A stretch of DNA of 62,636 nucleotides, counting the filler. It is 10 parts of 10 records of this genome, joined end to end, with 100 filler letters (N's around TTAATTAATTAA, not from the genome) between each part and the next. Parts side by side here need not be neighbours in the genome. Positions count along the whole stretch, not along the records: positions 19,405 to 24,593 come from SRR31147125_95696; positions 24,694 to 29,867 come from SRR31147125_95819; positions 29,968 to 35,383 come from SRR31147125_95852; 7 more parts are not named here. One strand, given 5' to 3'. Below, piece after piece: positions 22,977 through 32,328 of this stretch. The translations under genes were made by a program, and so were the position numbers. Each line of letters begins with the position of its first letter. Position 1 is the stretch's first letter. The notes under the pieces were generated by a model. That model had not been told where the DNA came from. It searched no databases and saw only the letters and a list, made by a program, of their open reading frames with translations.

Positions 22977-23734
22977 TTCAATCTCAATTGGGCTTTTCAC
23001 ATAAGAGACGGCCACGGGCCTAAAAACATTGATTTTTTTGTTTTTAATGCAGGATGCAGACCAAAAGAAGAAAACACAACCAAACTGTAAAACTTAACGG
23101 GAACAGCTTTTTGTAGACTAACCTTTTTCAGTGGAAATTTCTATGGATTTCAATCGGTTAGAAATAATTAAATTTTAAGAAAGTTTATTTACATTGAATC
23201 AAGGTCCCTTTTTTTAAAACCCTTTGCACGGTTATTTACTAGTAGATGTTAATAACCAAAACCTTTTCATTCAACAAAATTGGCCCTTATTTTGAACAAT
23301 TATCGTTAAAACCAATGCTATTCTAATCAACAAATGGATTTTATTTGGAAAAAACTAATCAACAAACGACTGAATTCTGCCCTGTAAAATTTCCCTTCAC
23401 AAAAAATAGCTCAAAAAACGCTCCCGAAAAAATTCCCCATGCTTCATTAGAGCCATCTTGATTTTTTTGCTTTGTACGAGCTTCCATTCCATTTTTTGCA
23501 TGACATCTTGAATACAGGGTAAAAGAGACAAAGCTGATTAAATTCAAAATTTAGAGAATTGACATTGGTCTTTTTGCGGGAGGGTCATTCTTCAAAAAAG
23601 ACAAAATGTAGTCTCCTGAAATAGGACCTGAGTAACCTTTTTTTCAAAATATGCCCCGTTATAATTTTAGCTCAAAAGGAAATCCCCCAACTTTGCCGGG
23701 GAAACACAAAAGTTTGACAGCTCCGTATGTAGCT

Positions 23735-24213
23735 GAAAGCCTCCATTCTGTGAACCGTACAAAATTCTCAGAAAAGGAGGCTTTCGATCAATAACCTACA
23801 AAGGTTATGTCATTCTGCGTAGGACTGGAAGTACCACTTAGTTTGGACACCGAAGTGTCGGCGAAAGGCTCTTTATGGTCGAATACGGCGGCAACTTAGC
23901 GAAGTCATAAGGGAATTCGCTCGACAACGCGAGAGCTCGGCTTTGGAAGGTCATCTGTGCACAGACCATGTCCATGTGTAGATAGCGATACCGCCAAAGC
24001 TGGCTGTTGCTCGAGTCATAGGGTATAGCAGGGGAAAGCCTCCATTCATATTGCCTGTACTTGTAGTGGTCGAAGCCGAAACTTTACTGGAGAGAATTTT
24101 TGGCAAGGAGATATTTCGCCTCAACCGTCAGACGTGACGAAGAGGTGATTCGAAATTACATACGGAGACAAGAAGAGGAAGATCGTAGAATCGATCAATT
24201 AAAACTGCTCAGG
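23735..24213 (+). mobile_element. tnpA: Degenerate IS200/IS605 element (tnpA pseudogene with upstream hairpin)
   Basis: Not in ORF track. Translation KYHLVWTPKCRRKALY...DHVHV*IAIPPK..NFTGENFW..RDEEVIRNYIRRQEEEDRRIDQL (HUH and catalytic Tyr) with stops and frameshifts; inverted repeat 23735-23785 covers the SD. Confidence 0.88.
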
Positions 24214-24215
24214 TT

Positions 24216-24593
24216 TTACTCTTGTTGAACTGTTTTTGAGCCGACATGTCGAATGCCAAGAGCCACAGGGAGAAGATTTCCCATCTCACTGCACAAAGCG
24301 CCTACAGCCCGGCTCATTGTCACCACAAGGTCCTTGATTTCCTCCCCTTCCACAGTCTCTTGAAACGTGGAAAGGTTCTGGACCAGGATGGTTCCGTCTG
24401 CGGAGAAAATTTTCCAGTCGATCATCAGAATCACTGTGCCCCCAGGCTTCCCATCAAAGCGCAACACTTCGCCGGCCACACGGTAGTCTACATCTTTCTC
24501 TCCACTCCAAATAAAGGGAACCCAACGCATTTGCGGTAACCGGGTAGACATGTTTTTGATCAAAATCAGTAATTTCCGGTTAGGTTTTTGCTC
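24216..24593 (-). CDS. PqiC-like ABC transport auxiliary lipoprotein, 5' partial
   Basis: YRVAGEVLRFDG.PGGTV.L...W...LV.TMS.A...L..E pattern. Confidence 0.65.
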   Translation of the reverse strand, partial: EQKPNRKLLILIKNMSTRLPQMRWVPFIWSGEKDVDYRVAGEVLRFDGKPGGTVILMIDWKIFSADGTILVQNLSTFQETVEGEEIKDLVVTMSRAVGALCSEMGNLLPVALGIRHVGSKTVQQE

Positions 24594-24693
24594 NNNNNNN
24601 NNNNNNNNNNNNNNNNNNNNNNNNNNNNNNNNNNNNNTTAATTAATTAANNNNNNNNNNNNNNNNNNNNNNNNNNNNNNNNNNNNNNNNNNNN
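24594..24693. other. Artificial contig spacer
   Basis: N-TTAATTAATTAA-N. Confidence 0.99.
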
Positions 24694-24694
24694 C

Positions 24695-25135
24695 TTTGCC
24701 TCCCTGGTCTCGTTGACCGGGATCAAACACCTGCTCCTGCCGGGTATCACCCTGTGCATGTTCCAGCTGGCCCTGATCCTTCGCCTGACCAAGAGCGGGA
24801 TGATGGAGGTGCTGCTCCAGGACTATATCCGGTTGGCCCGGGCCAAGGGGCTGCCCCGGCGGACGGTGATCCTGCTCCATGCCTTGAAAAACACCCTGAT
24901 CCCGGTGGTGACCATTATCGGGATCCAGTTCGGCGAACTCATCGCCTTTACCATTGTCACGGAGACCATTTTTGCCTGGCCCGGAACAGGCAAGCTGATC
25001 ATTGATTCCATCCAGAACCTGGACCGCCCTGTTGTGGTGGCCTATCTCATGGTGGTGGCGGTGATCTTTGTGGTGATCAACCTGGCCGTGGACATGATTT
25101 ATACATTTATTGACCCCCGGGTTCACAGCAGTTAG
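24695..25135 (+). CDS. Peptide ABC transporter permease (DppB/OppB), 5' partial
   Basis: DYIRLARAKGL..HALKN, ETIFAWPG.G, DPR. Confidence 0.92.
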   Translation, partial: FASLVSLTGIKHLLLPGITLCMFQLALILRLTKSGMMEVLLQDYIRLARAKGLPRRTVILLHALKNTLIPVVTIIGIQFGELIAFTIVTETIFAWPGTGKLIIDSIQNLDRPVVVAYLMVVAVIFVVINLAVDMIYTFIDPRVHSS

Positions 25136-25144
25136 GGCCATGCC

Positions 25145-25999
25145 ATGAAATTGATACACAACGACACCCTTGAGGAATTTTTAGAGGACAGAATGGCCGT
25201 GGCCGGGGGCATCGTATTGATCGCCCTGGTATTTTTGGCCCTCTGTCCCCAGTTTATCGCCCCCCAGAACCCCTATGATCTGGCCTCCCTGGAGCTTGAA
25301 AATTCCTATCTGGCCCCCAACGCCGAGTTTTTCATGGGCACGGACGACCAGGGCCGGGATATATTTTCCGCCATTTTATACGGGCTGCGGATCTCGCTCT
25401 TCGTGGGTGTTATCTCCACGGTGATCTCGGCAGCCATCGGCCTTGGAGCAGGCCTTGTGGCCGGATACGCCGGGGGGTGGACCGAGAAGATCATCATGCG
25501 CTTGGCCGATATCCAGCTCAGCCTTCCCGTGTTTCTGGTGGCCCTGGTGATCATGGCCATCTGGGGCCAGGGGGTGGGCAAGATTATTGTGGCCATCAGC
25601 CTGTGCAACTGGGTCTATTACGCCAGAACCGTCCGGGGCATGGTCCTGACAGAGCGGCAGACTGACTACGTCCAGGCTGCCGTGGCAGGGGGCCAGCATC
25701 CCCTGATGATCATGTTCTCTGAAATCGCCCCCAATATCCTGGCCCCCATCATTGTCATTGCCACGGTGAGGATTGCCAACGCCATCCTGCTGGAGGCCAC
25801 CCTGAGCTTTCTTGGGGTGGGGGTGCCCATTACCCAGCCCTCACTGGGGTCGCTTATCTCCAACGGGTTTGAGGTGCTTTTTTCCGGCTATTATTGGATG
25901 TCGGTTTATCCGGGTCTGGTCCTTATGGTCCTGGTGCTGGCCATCAATCTCATGGGCGACCGCCTCCGGGATGTCCTGAATCCGAGGCTGAAACGATGA
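25145..25999 (+). CDS. Peptide ABC transporter permease (DppC/OppC)
   Basis: GTDDQGRDI, EATLSFLGVG, GDRLRDVLNPR. Confidence 0.93.
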   Translation: MKLIHNDTLEEFLEDRMAVAGGIVLIALVFLALCPQFIAPQNPYDLASLELENSYLAPNAEFFMGTDDQGRDIFSAILYGLRISLFVGVISTVISAAIGLGAGLVAGYAGGWTEKIIMRLADIQLSLPVFLVALVIMAIWGQGVGKIIVAISLCNWVYYARTVRGMVLTERQTDYVQAAVAGGQHPLMIMFSEIAPNILAPIIVIATVRIANAILLEATLSFLGVGVPITQPSLGSLISNGFEVLFSGYYWMSVYPGLVLMVLVLAINLMGDRLRDVLNPRLKR

Positions 26000-26954
26000 A
26001 GAACGTACTTGAGGTTGAAGACCTGAGAACCTGGTTCCATACCAAAAAAGGGGTGGTCAGGGCGGTGGACGGGGTCTCTTTTTCCATTGAAAAGGGTAAG
26101 ATTTTGGGGATAGTGGGTGAATCCGGGGCCGGAAAATCCATCACAGGCTTCAGCCTGATCCGCCTGATTGATCCCCCGGGGAAAATAGAGTCCGGCAGCA
26201 TCCGCATTGCAGGACAGGACATCATGGGGCTGTCTCAAAAGGAGTTGAGACGGTTCCGGGGCAGACGGCGGGCACCATTTTTCAGGACCCCCAGACCTCC
26301 TTGAACCCCGTACTCTCCATCCGCCGCCAGCTATTTGAAACCCTGGGCTGCCACAACCCTGGATTGTCCCGACACGATCTGTTTGAAAAAAGCGTCAATG
26401 CCCTGAAAGCGGTGGGCCTGCCCGCGCCCGAGGCCCGGCTGGCCGCTTATCCCCACCAATTGTCCGGGGGGATGAAGCAGCGCATCGTTATTGCCATGGC
26501 CCTTTTGAACAACCCCAGCCTGCTCATCGCAGATGAACCCACCACAGCCCTGGACGTAACCATCCAGGCCCAGATTCTTCTGCTTATGAAAAAATTATGT
26601 ACCGAGCATGACTCGGCCCTGGTCTTCATCACCCATGATATCGGGGTGGTGGCCCAGCTCTGTGATCATGTGGCTGTGATGTATGCGGGAAAGATTGTGG
26701 AGTACGGCACCAAAGAGGAGGTGCTGTTTGATCCTTTGCATCCTTATACCCAGGGGCTTATCCAATGTCTGCCCAAGCTGGACCAGGACCAGGGGCGCCT
26801 GGTACAGATTCAGGGGGTCATGCCCAATTTGCTCAACCTCCCCGAAGGTTGTCCGTTCCGGCCCCGGTGCCCCAAGGCGGGCCCGGACTGCCGGGAATAT
26901 CCCCAGGAACGTTTTATCGGTCAAAGAAGGGTCTCATGTCACAGGATTTATTGA
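25996..26954 (+). CDS. Peptide ABC transporter ATPase (DppD/OppD), frameshift near 26270
   Basis: GESGAGKS in first frame; IFQDPQTSLNP, LSGGMKQR, ADEPTTALD, GCPFRPRC in second. Confidence 0.92.
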
Positions 26955-27907
26955 AAATAAACGGCCTTGTCAAATATTTCGACGTGGAGGTGGGCGGCTT
27001 TAAAAAGGCCCGGGTCCATGCATTGAACCGGGTGGATCTGACAATGTCCCCGGGTAAAACCATGTCCATTGTGGGAGAGTCCGGCTGTGGTAAAACAACA
27101 TTGGGAAAGGCGGTCTTAGGCCTTCACCGTCCGGATGAGGGGCAGATTCTGTTTAAGGGGCGGGATATCTCGGCCCTGGCACCCAGACAGAGACGGTCCG
27201 TGCAAAAGGATCTGCAGATGATCTTCCAGGATCCTTACTCTTCCCTGAACCCCAGAAAAAAGATTCGGGACATTCTGGCAAGGCCCTTAAAAACCTTTAC
27301 CGCGATGACTGGGGATGAGCGTGAGAAAACCCTGGCCGCCACCTGTCAGGCCGTAGGCATTGACGCCTCCTATCTATCCCGGTACCCCCACCAGTTTTCA
27401 GGGGGACAGCGCCAGCGCATTGCCATTGCCCGGGCCATTATTCTCAACCCTGCCCTGGTGGTGGCGGATGAGCCCATCTCAGCCCTGGACGTTTCCATCC
27501 AGTCCCAGATCCTCAACCTCATGATTGATCTGCAAAAAAAGCTGGGCCTGACATATCTGTTCATCACCCACGACATCAGTGTGGTCAAGTACATCAGCGA
27601 CGAGGTGGCTGTGATGTACCTGGGCGAGGTGGTGGAGCGGGCCGCCAAAAAAACTTTGTTTGACTCTCCCAAGCACCCTTACACCCAGTTGCTGCTCAAG
27701 GCCGTGCCCGATATCTCCCGGCCCTTTTTATCTGACGAGGTTTTGATTTCCGGAGAGATTCCCAATCCCACAGACCTGCCGTTGGGATGTTTTTTCGCCC
27801 CCCGGTGCCCCAAGGTCGGGCCTGAATGCACAACGGCCCATCCCTGGCTTATGGAAAAGGGGACACGTTCCAACAGCCACCTTGTCCGCTGTATCCGGGT
27901 GGTGTGA
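26936..27907 (+). CDS. Peptide ABC transporter ATPase (DppF/OppF)
   Basis: Start MSQDLL; GESGCGKT, IFQDPYSSLNP, FSGGQRQR, GCFFAPRC. Confidence 0.93.
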   Translation: MSQDLLKINGLVKYFDVEVGGFKKARVHALNRVDLTMSPGKTMSIVGESGCGKTTLGKAVLGLHRPDEGQILFKGRDISALAPRQRRSVQKDLQMIFQDPYSSLNPRKKIRDILARPLKTFTAMTGDEREKTLAATCQAVGIDASYLSRYPHQFSGGQRQRIAIARAIILNPALVVADEPISALDVSIQSQILNLMIDLQKKLGLTYLFITHDISVVKYISDEVAVMYLGEVVERAAKKTLFDSPKHPYTQLLLKAVPDISRPFLSDEVLISGEIPNPTDLPLGCFFAPRCPKVGPECTTAHPWLMEKGTRSNSHLVRCIRVV

Positions 27908-27944
27908 GCCTGATCAAGAGCCAAATCAAAAAGATTTTTCTTTT

Positions 27945-27978
27945 CCACCCTATGGTTCGAGGTCGAACTATAGGGTGG
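27945..27978. promoter_or_regulatory. Long palindrome between convergent dppF and marR; terminator and/or second MarR operator
   Basis: CCACCCTATGGTTCGA-GG-TCGAACTATAGGGTGG; core matches the palindrome at 28419-28440. Confidence 0.55.
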
Positions 27979-27982
27979 GTCT

Positions 27983-28410
27983 TTACCAATGGGTGTTGAT
28001 CCGGGTCAGGCTGCGGACCAGATGTTTTCGGTCGGCCATGGGCATGGTTTTATACACCCGGGAAAGCAGTGTTTGCTTTATTTTGATCAGAGAAGGGGCA
28101 AGGGCTTTTCCCTGTGGGGTCAAAGAGACCCGGACGATTCTGGAATCCTTTTTGTCAGGCGTTTTTAGGGCGTAGCCCAGTGATACCAGCTTGTCTACCA
28201 GGGTGGTGGCTGTGGATTTTTCCGGTCAACGGTTTCAGCCAATTCCTTCATGGTGGGCCGGTCACAGTAGAGCAGGGCAAGGATAAGATCCATGTGAATG
28301 GGTTTGAGGGTCCCCAGCCCCAGACCGGTCAGTTCCTCTGTGATCACCTGGTTGGCCTTTTCCCTGAATCGGGACAAAAGACAGATGATATGATCGGTTT
28401 CATCCTCCAT
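27983..28410 (-). CDS. MarR family regulator, frameshift near 28220
   Basis: PTMKELAETVDRK, then KSTATTLVDKLVSLGY..DSRIVRVSLTPQG in the shifted frame. Confidence 0.85.
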
Positions 28411-28416
28411 GGCCTG

Positions 28417-28445
28417 ATAATAGTTCGATGTCGAATTATTGTCAA
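28417..28445 (-). promoter_or_regulatory. Sigma-70 promoter of marR with operator palindrome in the spacer
   Basis: TTGACA-17 bp-TATTAT; AATAGTTCGA-TG-TCGAATTATT overlaps it; ATG 6 nt after the -10 box. Confidence 0.75.
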
Positions 28446-28665
28446 CGAAAAGCAATGGGATCCAGTTGCAGGGGGAATTGACGGGAGCTACAACTAAAGT
28501 TGTAGAAAACCTTTGACCTGCCTTTTTATTTATGGTTCAATTTGGATTGTGAATACGGTCTTCTGGACTACCGCTGGAAAAACGTTTCTCCCCTCCTTGA
28601 TTTTCCTTTCGCTGATCAAACGGTTTTGAGACGATTTTTAAACCCTTAACTCAAAAGGGGGTGTC

Positions 28666-29268
28666 ATGGAATTTATTTCAGGCGTTTTTTTTACAGGGGT
28701 TTATCTGTTTTCCATTGGGTCGCTGTGCTGGTGGGTTTATCTGGCATATGCCCATGACGGGGCCTGGGCATATGCTTATTTATCCGGTCAAAAATCATTT
28801 TATGTCCTGAATTCCAGCCTGGTTTCAATGGCTGGGACACATGTTAAACTGGTCTCCATTCTTGTCTGCTTTATTCTTTTTCTTGTGGCCCTCTGCCATG
28901 GGTTCTCCTCTTATTTTTTCTGGATTCCGGACCGCTTTGCCCTCATCCTTGGGGATGGCTCTGTTCTGGTTCTTTCAAATATTTTAGGCTGCCTTGTGGG
29001 AACCTGTTCCTCTCTTATCTTCGGCAGATGGGTGTTCACGGGGATTTGTGCCTATTGGGAGAAGCAGGCCCTGGGGGCACAATCCGACCTGTACTTTGAC
29101 ATCATCCGGGAGGCGGACAATATTGAGGCTCTGGAGGCGATTAAACATCAGGCCCTGGGAAAAATAGGGACCACAGCCATTGGCCCGGGGCCTTTGCCCG
29201 GCCACCTGGACCTCTGTGTCAAGGTGATTGACTGCCGTATTCAGGATATCAGAAACCGCAGGCATTAA
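28666..29268 (+). CDS. Hypothetical membrane protein
   Basis: Three hydrophobic segments; G-rich SD. Confidence 0.7.
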   Translation: MEFISGVFFTGVYLFSIGSLCWWVYLAYAHDGAWAYAYLSGQKSFYVLNSSLVSMAGTHVKLVSILVCFILFLVALCHGFSSYFFWIPDRFALILGDGSVLVLSNILGCLVGTCSSLIFGRWVFTGICAYWEKQALGAQSDLYFDIIREADNIEALEAIKHQALGKIGTTAIGPGPLPGHLDLCVKVIDCRIQDIRNRRH

Positions 29269-29292
29269 GGAAAACAAGTTTATGGCTCAATC

Positions 29293-29335
29293 AAGACAGC
29301 GGTAGACCGTTTGGGTCTGCCGCTGTCTTTGTTTT
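29293..29335 (+). terminator. Rho-independent terminator
   Basis: AAGACAGCGGTAGACC-GTTTG-GGTCTGCCGCTGTCTT followed by T-rich tail. Confidence 0.7.
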
Positions 29336-29374
29336 GGTTCCATTGGCCGGAATACCCGTTAAAATAATTCGGGA

Positions 29375-29866
29375 TCACACGGGCCGGGCCACAAATACGG
29401 GCACGGCAGCGGTTTCAATGACCCCAGAGGCAGTGCTGCCCACGAAAAAATCCTCAAAATCTTTGTGGCCGTGGGTCCCCATGATGATCAGGTCAAAGTC
29501 CCCTTCTTTTGCCGTGTTAACGATATTGTCCACAGGATTTCCTGTCTTGATGATCACCCGGTCTTCGGACAGGGGACACCAGGGGACCTGCTCCAGCACT
29601 TTTTGGGAGGTTTTGCGGATACGCTCTTTGAGCCGGGCTTCGGCCCTGTGGACTTCAGCGTCGTTAAAGGCGGCCTTTTTCTCCTGTTCCAGGCGGGAGG
29701 CCATGTTCACCCCGGCCTGGGCAGAGTAGCCGTCCAGAACATCAGGGACCACATGGACGGCCCAGACTTCAGCCTTGTACTGGGATCCGATGCTGCAGGC
29801 ATATTGGGCGGCGTGGCGGGCGGTGTCTGACATGTCCGTGGCAAAGAGGATCTTGTTGAACCGGGC
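29375..29866 (-). CDS. Universal stress protein (UspA family), 5' partial
   Basis: FNKILFATDMS, DLIIMGTHG, GSTASGVI..PV. Confidence 0.92.
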   Translation of the reverse strand, partial: ARFNKILFATDMSDTARHAAQYACSIGSQYKAEVWAVHVVPDVLDGYSAQAGVNMASRLEQEKKAAFNDAEVHRAEARLKERIRKTSQKVLEQVPWCPLSEDRVIIKTGNPVDNIVNTAKEGDFDLIIMGTHGHKDFEDFFVGSTASGVIETAAVPVFVARPV

Positions 29867-29867
29867 C

Positions 29868-29967
29868 NNNNNNNNNNNNNNNNNNNNNNNNNNNNNNNNN
29901 NNNNNNNNNNNTTAATTAATTAANNNNNNNNNNNNNNNNNNNNNNNNNNNNNNNNNNNNNNNNNNNN
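29868..29967. other. Artificial contig spacer
   Basis: N-TTAATTAATTAA-N. Confidence 0.99.
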
Positions 29968-29969
29968 AA

Positions 29970-30386
29970 AAGGTTGACCAGCCGGCACATGAATATATCG
30001 ACAGCCAGGAAAATGGTAACAAAACCGATATTCGATGGGCTGCCTGGCTCAACAACAGAAATATCGGTCTAATGGCAGTCGCTGGAGATAAACTGGAAGT
30101 TTCAGCCTGGCCTTATACCATGGATGAGCTGGAAAAAGCAACTCATCCTTATCAGCTGCCTGCTGAATGTTCGCTGGTTACAGTAAACATTGACCTGGGG
30201 CAGATGGGTGTCGGCGGCGATAATAGTTGGGGTGCCAGAACCCATCCGGAATTCTGCTACCCGGCAGGAAAGGATTACCAGTGGAACTTCACTATCAAAC
30301 CAGTCAAAGCTAGTTCTCTGTTAGGGTTTGGATTCTACAGCCCAGGGAACAGTAAGATTAAATCACTGGTAGAAATCGCTAAATAA
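29970..30386 (+). CDS. Beta-galactosidase (GH2) C-terminal domain, 5' partial
   Basis: QENGNKTDIRW, SAWPYT, NIDLGQMGVGGDNSWGA. Confidence 0.88.
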   Translation, partial: KVDQPAHEYIDSQENGNKTDIRWAAWLNNRNIGLMAVAGDKLEVSAWPYTMDELEKATHPYQLPAECSLVTVNIDLGQMGVGGDNSWGARTHPEFCYPAGKDYQWNFTIKPVKASSLLGFGFYSPGNSKIKSLVEIAK

Positions 30387-30410
30387 CCTTCTGCTGCTTA
30401 TTAAAAACAT

Positions 30411-30442
30411 AAAGCCCGGTAGAGTACTCTGCCGGGCTTTTT
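30411..30442. terminator. Probable bidirectional terminator
   Basis: AAAGCCCGGTAGAG-TA-CTCTGCCGGGCTTTTT between convergent genes. Confidence 0.75.
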
Positions 30443-30466
30443 ATATAGAAACGACCAGATTCCTAT

Positions 30467-31551
30467 TTAAAACGGGTTGCTGTCATCCAGCCATTCGCTG
30501 ACAAATATCGCCAGATCCTGCATATTAACATAGCAATCGCCGGTGACATCGGCTTGTAATGTACATATGAAAATTGTAAAAATATCGTCACTAATAGAAT
30601 TAATAAATGGGACATCAACATCACTTATTCTCACAAGGCAATCCTGTGAGTTAATTTGCGGTGCGGTCCAAAAAAAGACATATTTGACGCCTGGACTGTA
30701 TCTATATCATTCCAGGACTGACCTGAATCTGACGAATACTCTAATTTAACATTTTCGATTGCAGATGGACAAGACCATTTTATCTCTACCTGATCGCCAG
30801 CGATATATACCTCTCTATCGCCAGGGGCAACACCGCTAATTAGCGGCTCTATCAGGACAACGATATCACCATACGGTAAAGGGCCCCAAAAACTGTTAAT
30901 CATAATTTCATAATCAATATCTAATTTTGTACCATCAGCCAATCTGCCTGATACCGTACCGGTTTGCCACTCACCGTCCCCATCAGTTTCTATCGTGCCA
31001 TAATTTCTCAAAGACTCATAATTGCTCAACACAAACCCATCAACACTAAACTGACCATGCAAATCAATATACCCATCACCCCAGGTTCGCAGCAAACCGT
31101 CAATCGCACCGCCATGAATACTAGCATAGCCATTATTCCAGGCCTCTACTCCAGTGCCACTTATTCCTTTGACAGCCCCGCCGTTGATCGTCAATTCTGC
31201 AAAATCATCAACATGAGCTCCCATACCAACTATACCATCGTTAACTACCGCTATACAATTTCCTTTGGCTGAGACTCCACTTAAATCGCCACTGGTAATG
31301 GTTATCTTGCTATTGTTATATCCGACCACAAAACCCCCAATTATTCCTGGAGATTCCAGCTCGACATGGGTACCGGGATAGTTTGGAATATATTCATCCA
31401 GAAAGACATCGCCACTGCTATAGCGGTCATCATCGACCAGATGATATTGACCATCATTAAGAAAAAACTGATCCACATCCGCTATCACCTGCCCAAAAAT
31501 CGTCAATATCCCGGTAATAACCAACATACAAACCTTCATAAGAAACCTCAT
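30467..31551 (-). CDS. Secreted protein with glycine-rich beta repeats, Ig-like domain and C-terminal dockerin-like motif; frameshift near 30675
   Basis: Signal peptide; VKLEYSSDSGQSW; shifted frame continues WTAPQINSQDCLVRISD...ADVTGDCYVNMQDLAIFVSEWL..NPF*. Confidence 0.75.
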
Positions 31552-31782
31552 ATTCCGCAAAAAGGATAAATAAACTTTAATCTCTGCATTATTAAGTTTA
31601 TGTAAAGTTGTCTATTATTGTCAAATGACAAAACACTATTAACCATTAACCATTGCTATTCATATAGTTATAGCTAAAATATTTACTTGGCATTTATTTT
31701 CTCATTTTTTAACGATCATATTTACGGTATTACTTGTCTATTAGGTAGAAAGACAAAGATAAAAAAACCATGGAGTAACGTA

Positions 31783-32328
31783 ATCGAGCTCGAACAGATA
31801 AAACAGGTTGAGTCGGCGATAAATGGCGATTTGGCAAGCTTCGGCATGCTATGTGAACGCTATTACCCGGCAATGGTAGCTATCAGCTTCTCCATATTGC
31901 GGGATAGGCATCTCGCAGAAGATGCTGTACAGGAAAGCTACGCCCGGGCACTGGAAAAGCTGCCCGATCTGAGAAAGCCGGCAAAGTTTGCCGGATGGCT
32001 GAAGGTTATATGCCGCAATACCGCGATAAATATGTTACGACAGTCGAATCGAACCGTAGCGATAGAAAACGCCGAGCAGATACCGGCGGCGGAAAACGGT
32101 GATACCGCCTTACACGATGAGGTACATAAGGCAATTGCAAAACTGCCAGATAAAACGCGTGAGCTGGTGATGATGCGATACTTTACGAATCTATCACATG
32201 AGCAGATAGCAGAAGTTGTCGGGCTTACCCCGGCGGCAGTGAATTCAAGGCTATGTAGAGCGAGAAAAACACTCGAAAAAACACTCAATAAAGAATTACA
32301 TGAAACAATATATAAGGAGGGTGCATAA
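31783..32328 (+). CDS. ECF RNA polymerase sigma factor (start uncertain)
   Basis: AEDAVQE, FAGWLKVICRN, LP...RE..MRY...S.EQIAE.VG....V.SRL.RAR. Confidence 0.92.
   Translation: MELEQIKQVESAINGDLASFGMLCERYYPAMVAISFSILRDRHLAEDAVQESYARALEKLPDLRKPAKFAGWLKVICRNTAINMLRQSNRTVAIENAEQIPAAENGDTALHDEVHKAIAKLPDKTRELVMMRYFTNLSHEQIAEVVGLTPAAVNSRLCRARKTLEKTLNKELHETIYKEGA

Noticed and set aside
23016-23700. AT-rich region as a replication origin
   Set aside because: No DnaA boxes or rep/dnaA genes seen.
24034-24047. GAAAGCCTCCATTC repeated at 23735 and inside tnpA
   Set aside because: Second copy falls on the conserved GK..IHIA codons; probably coincidence.
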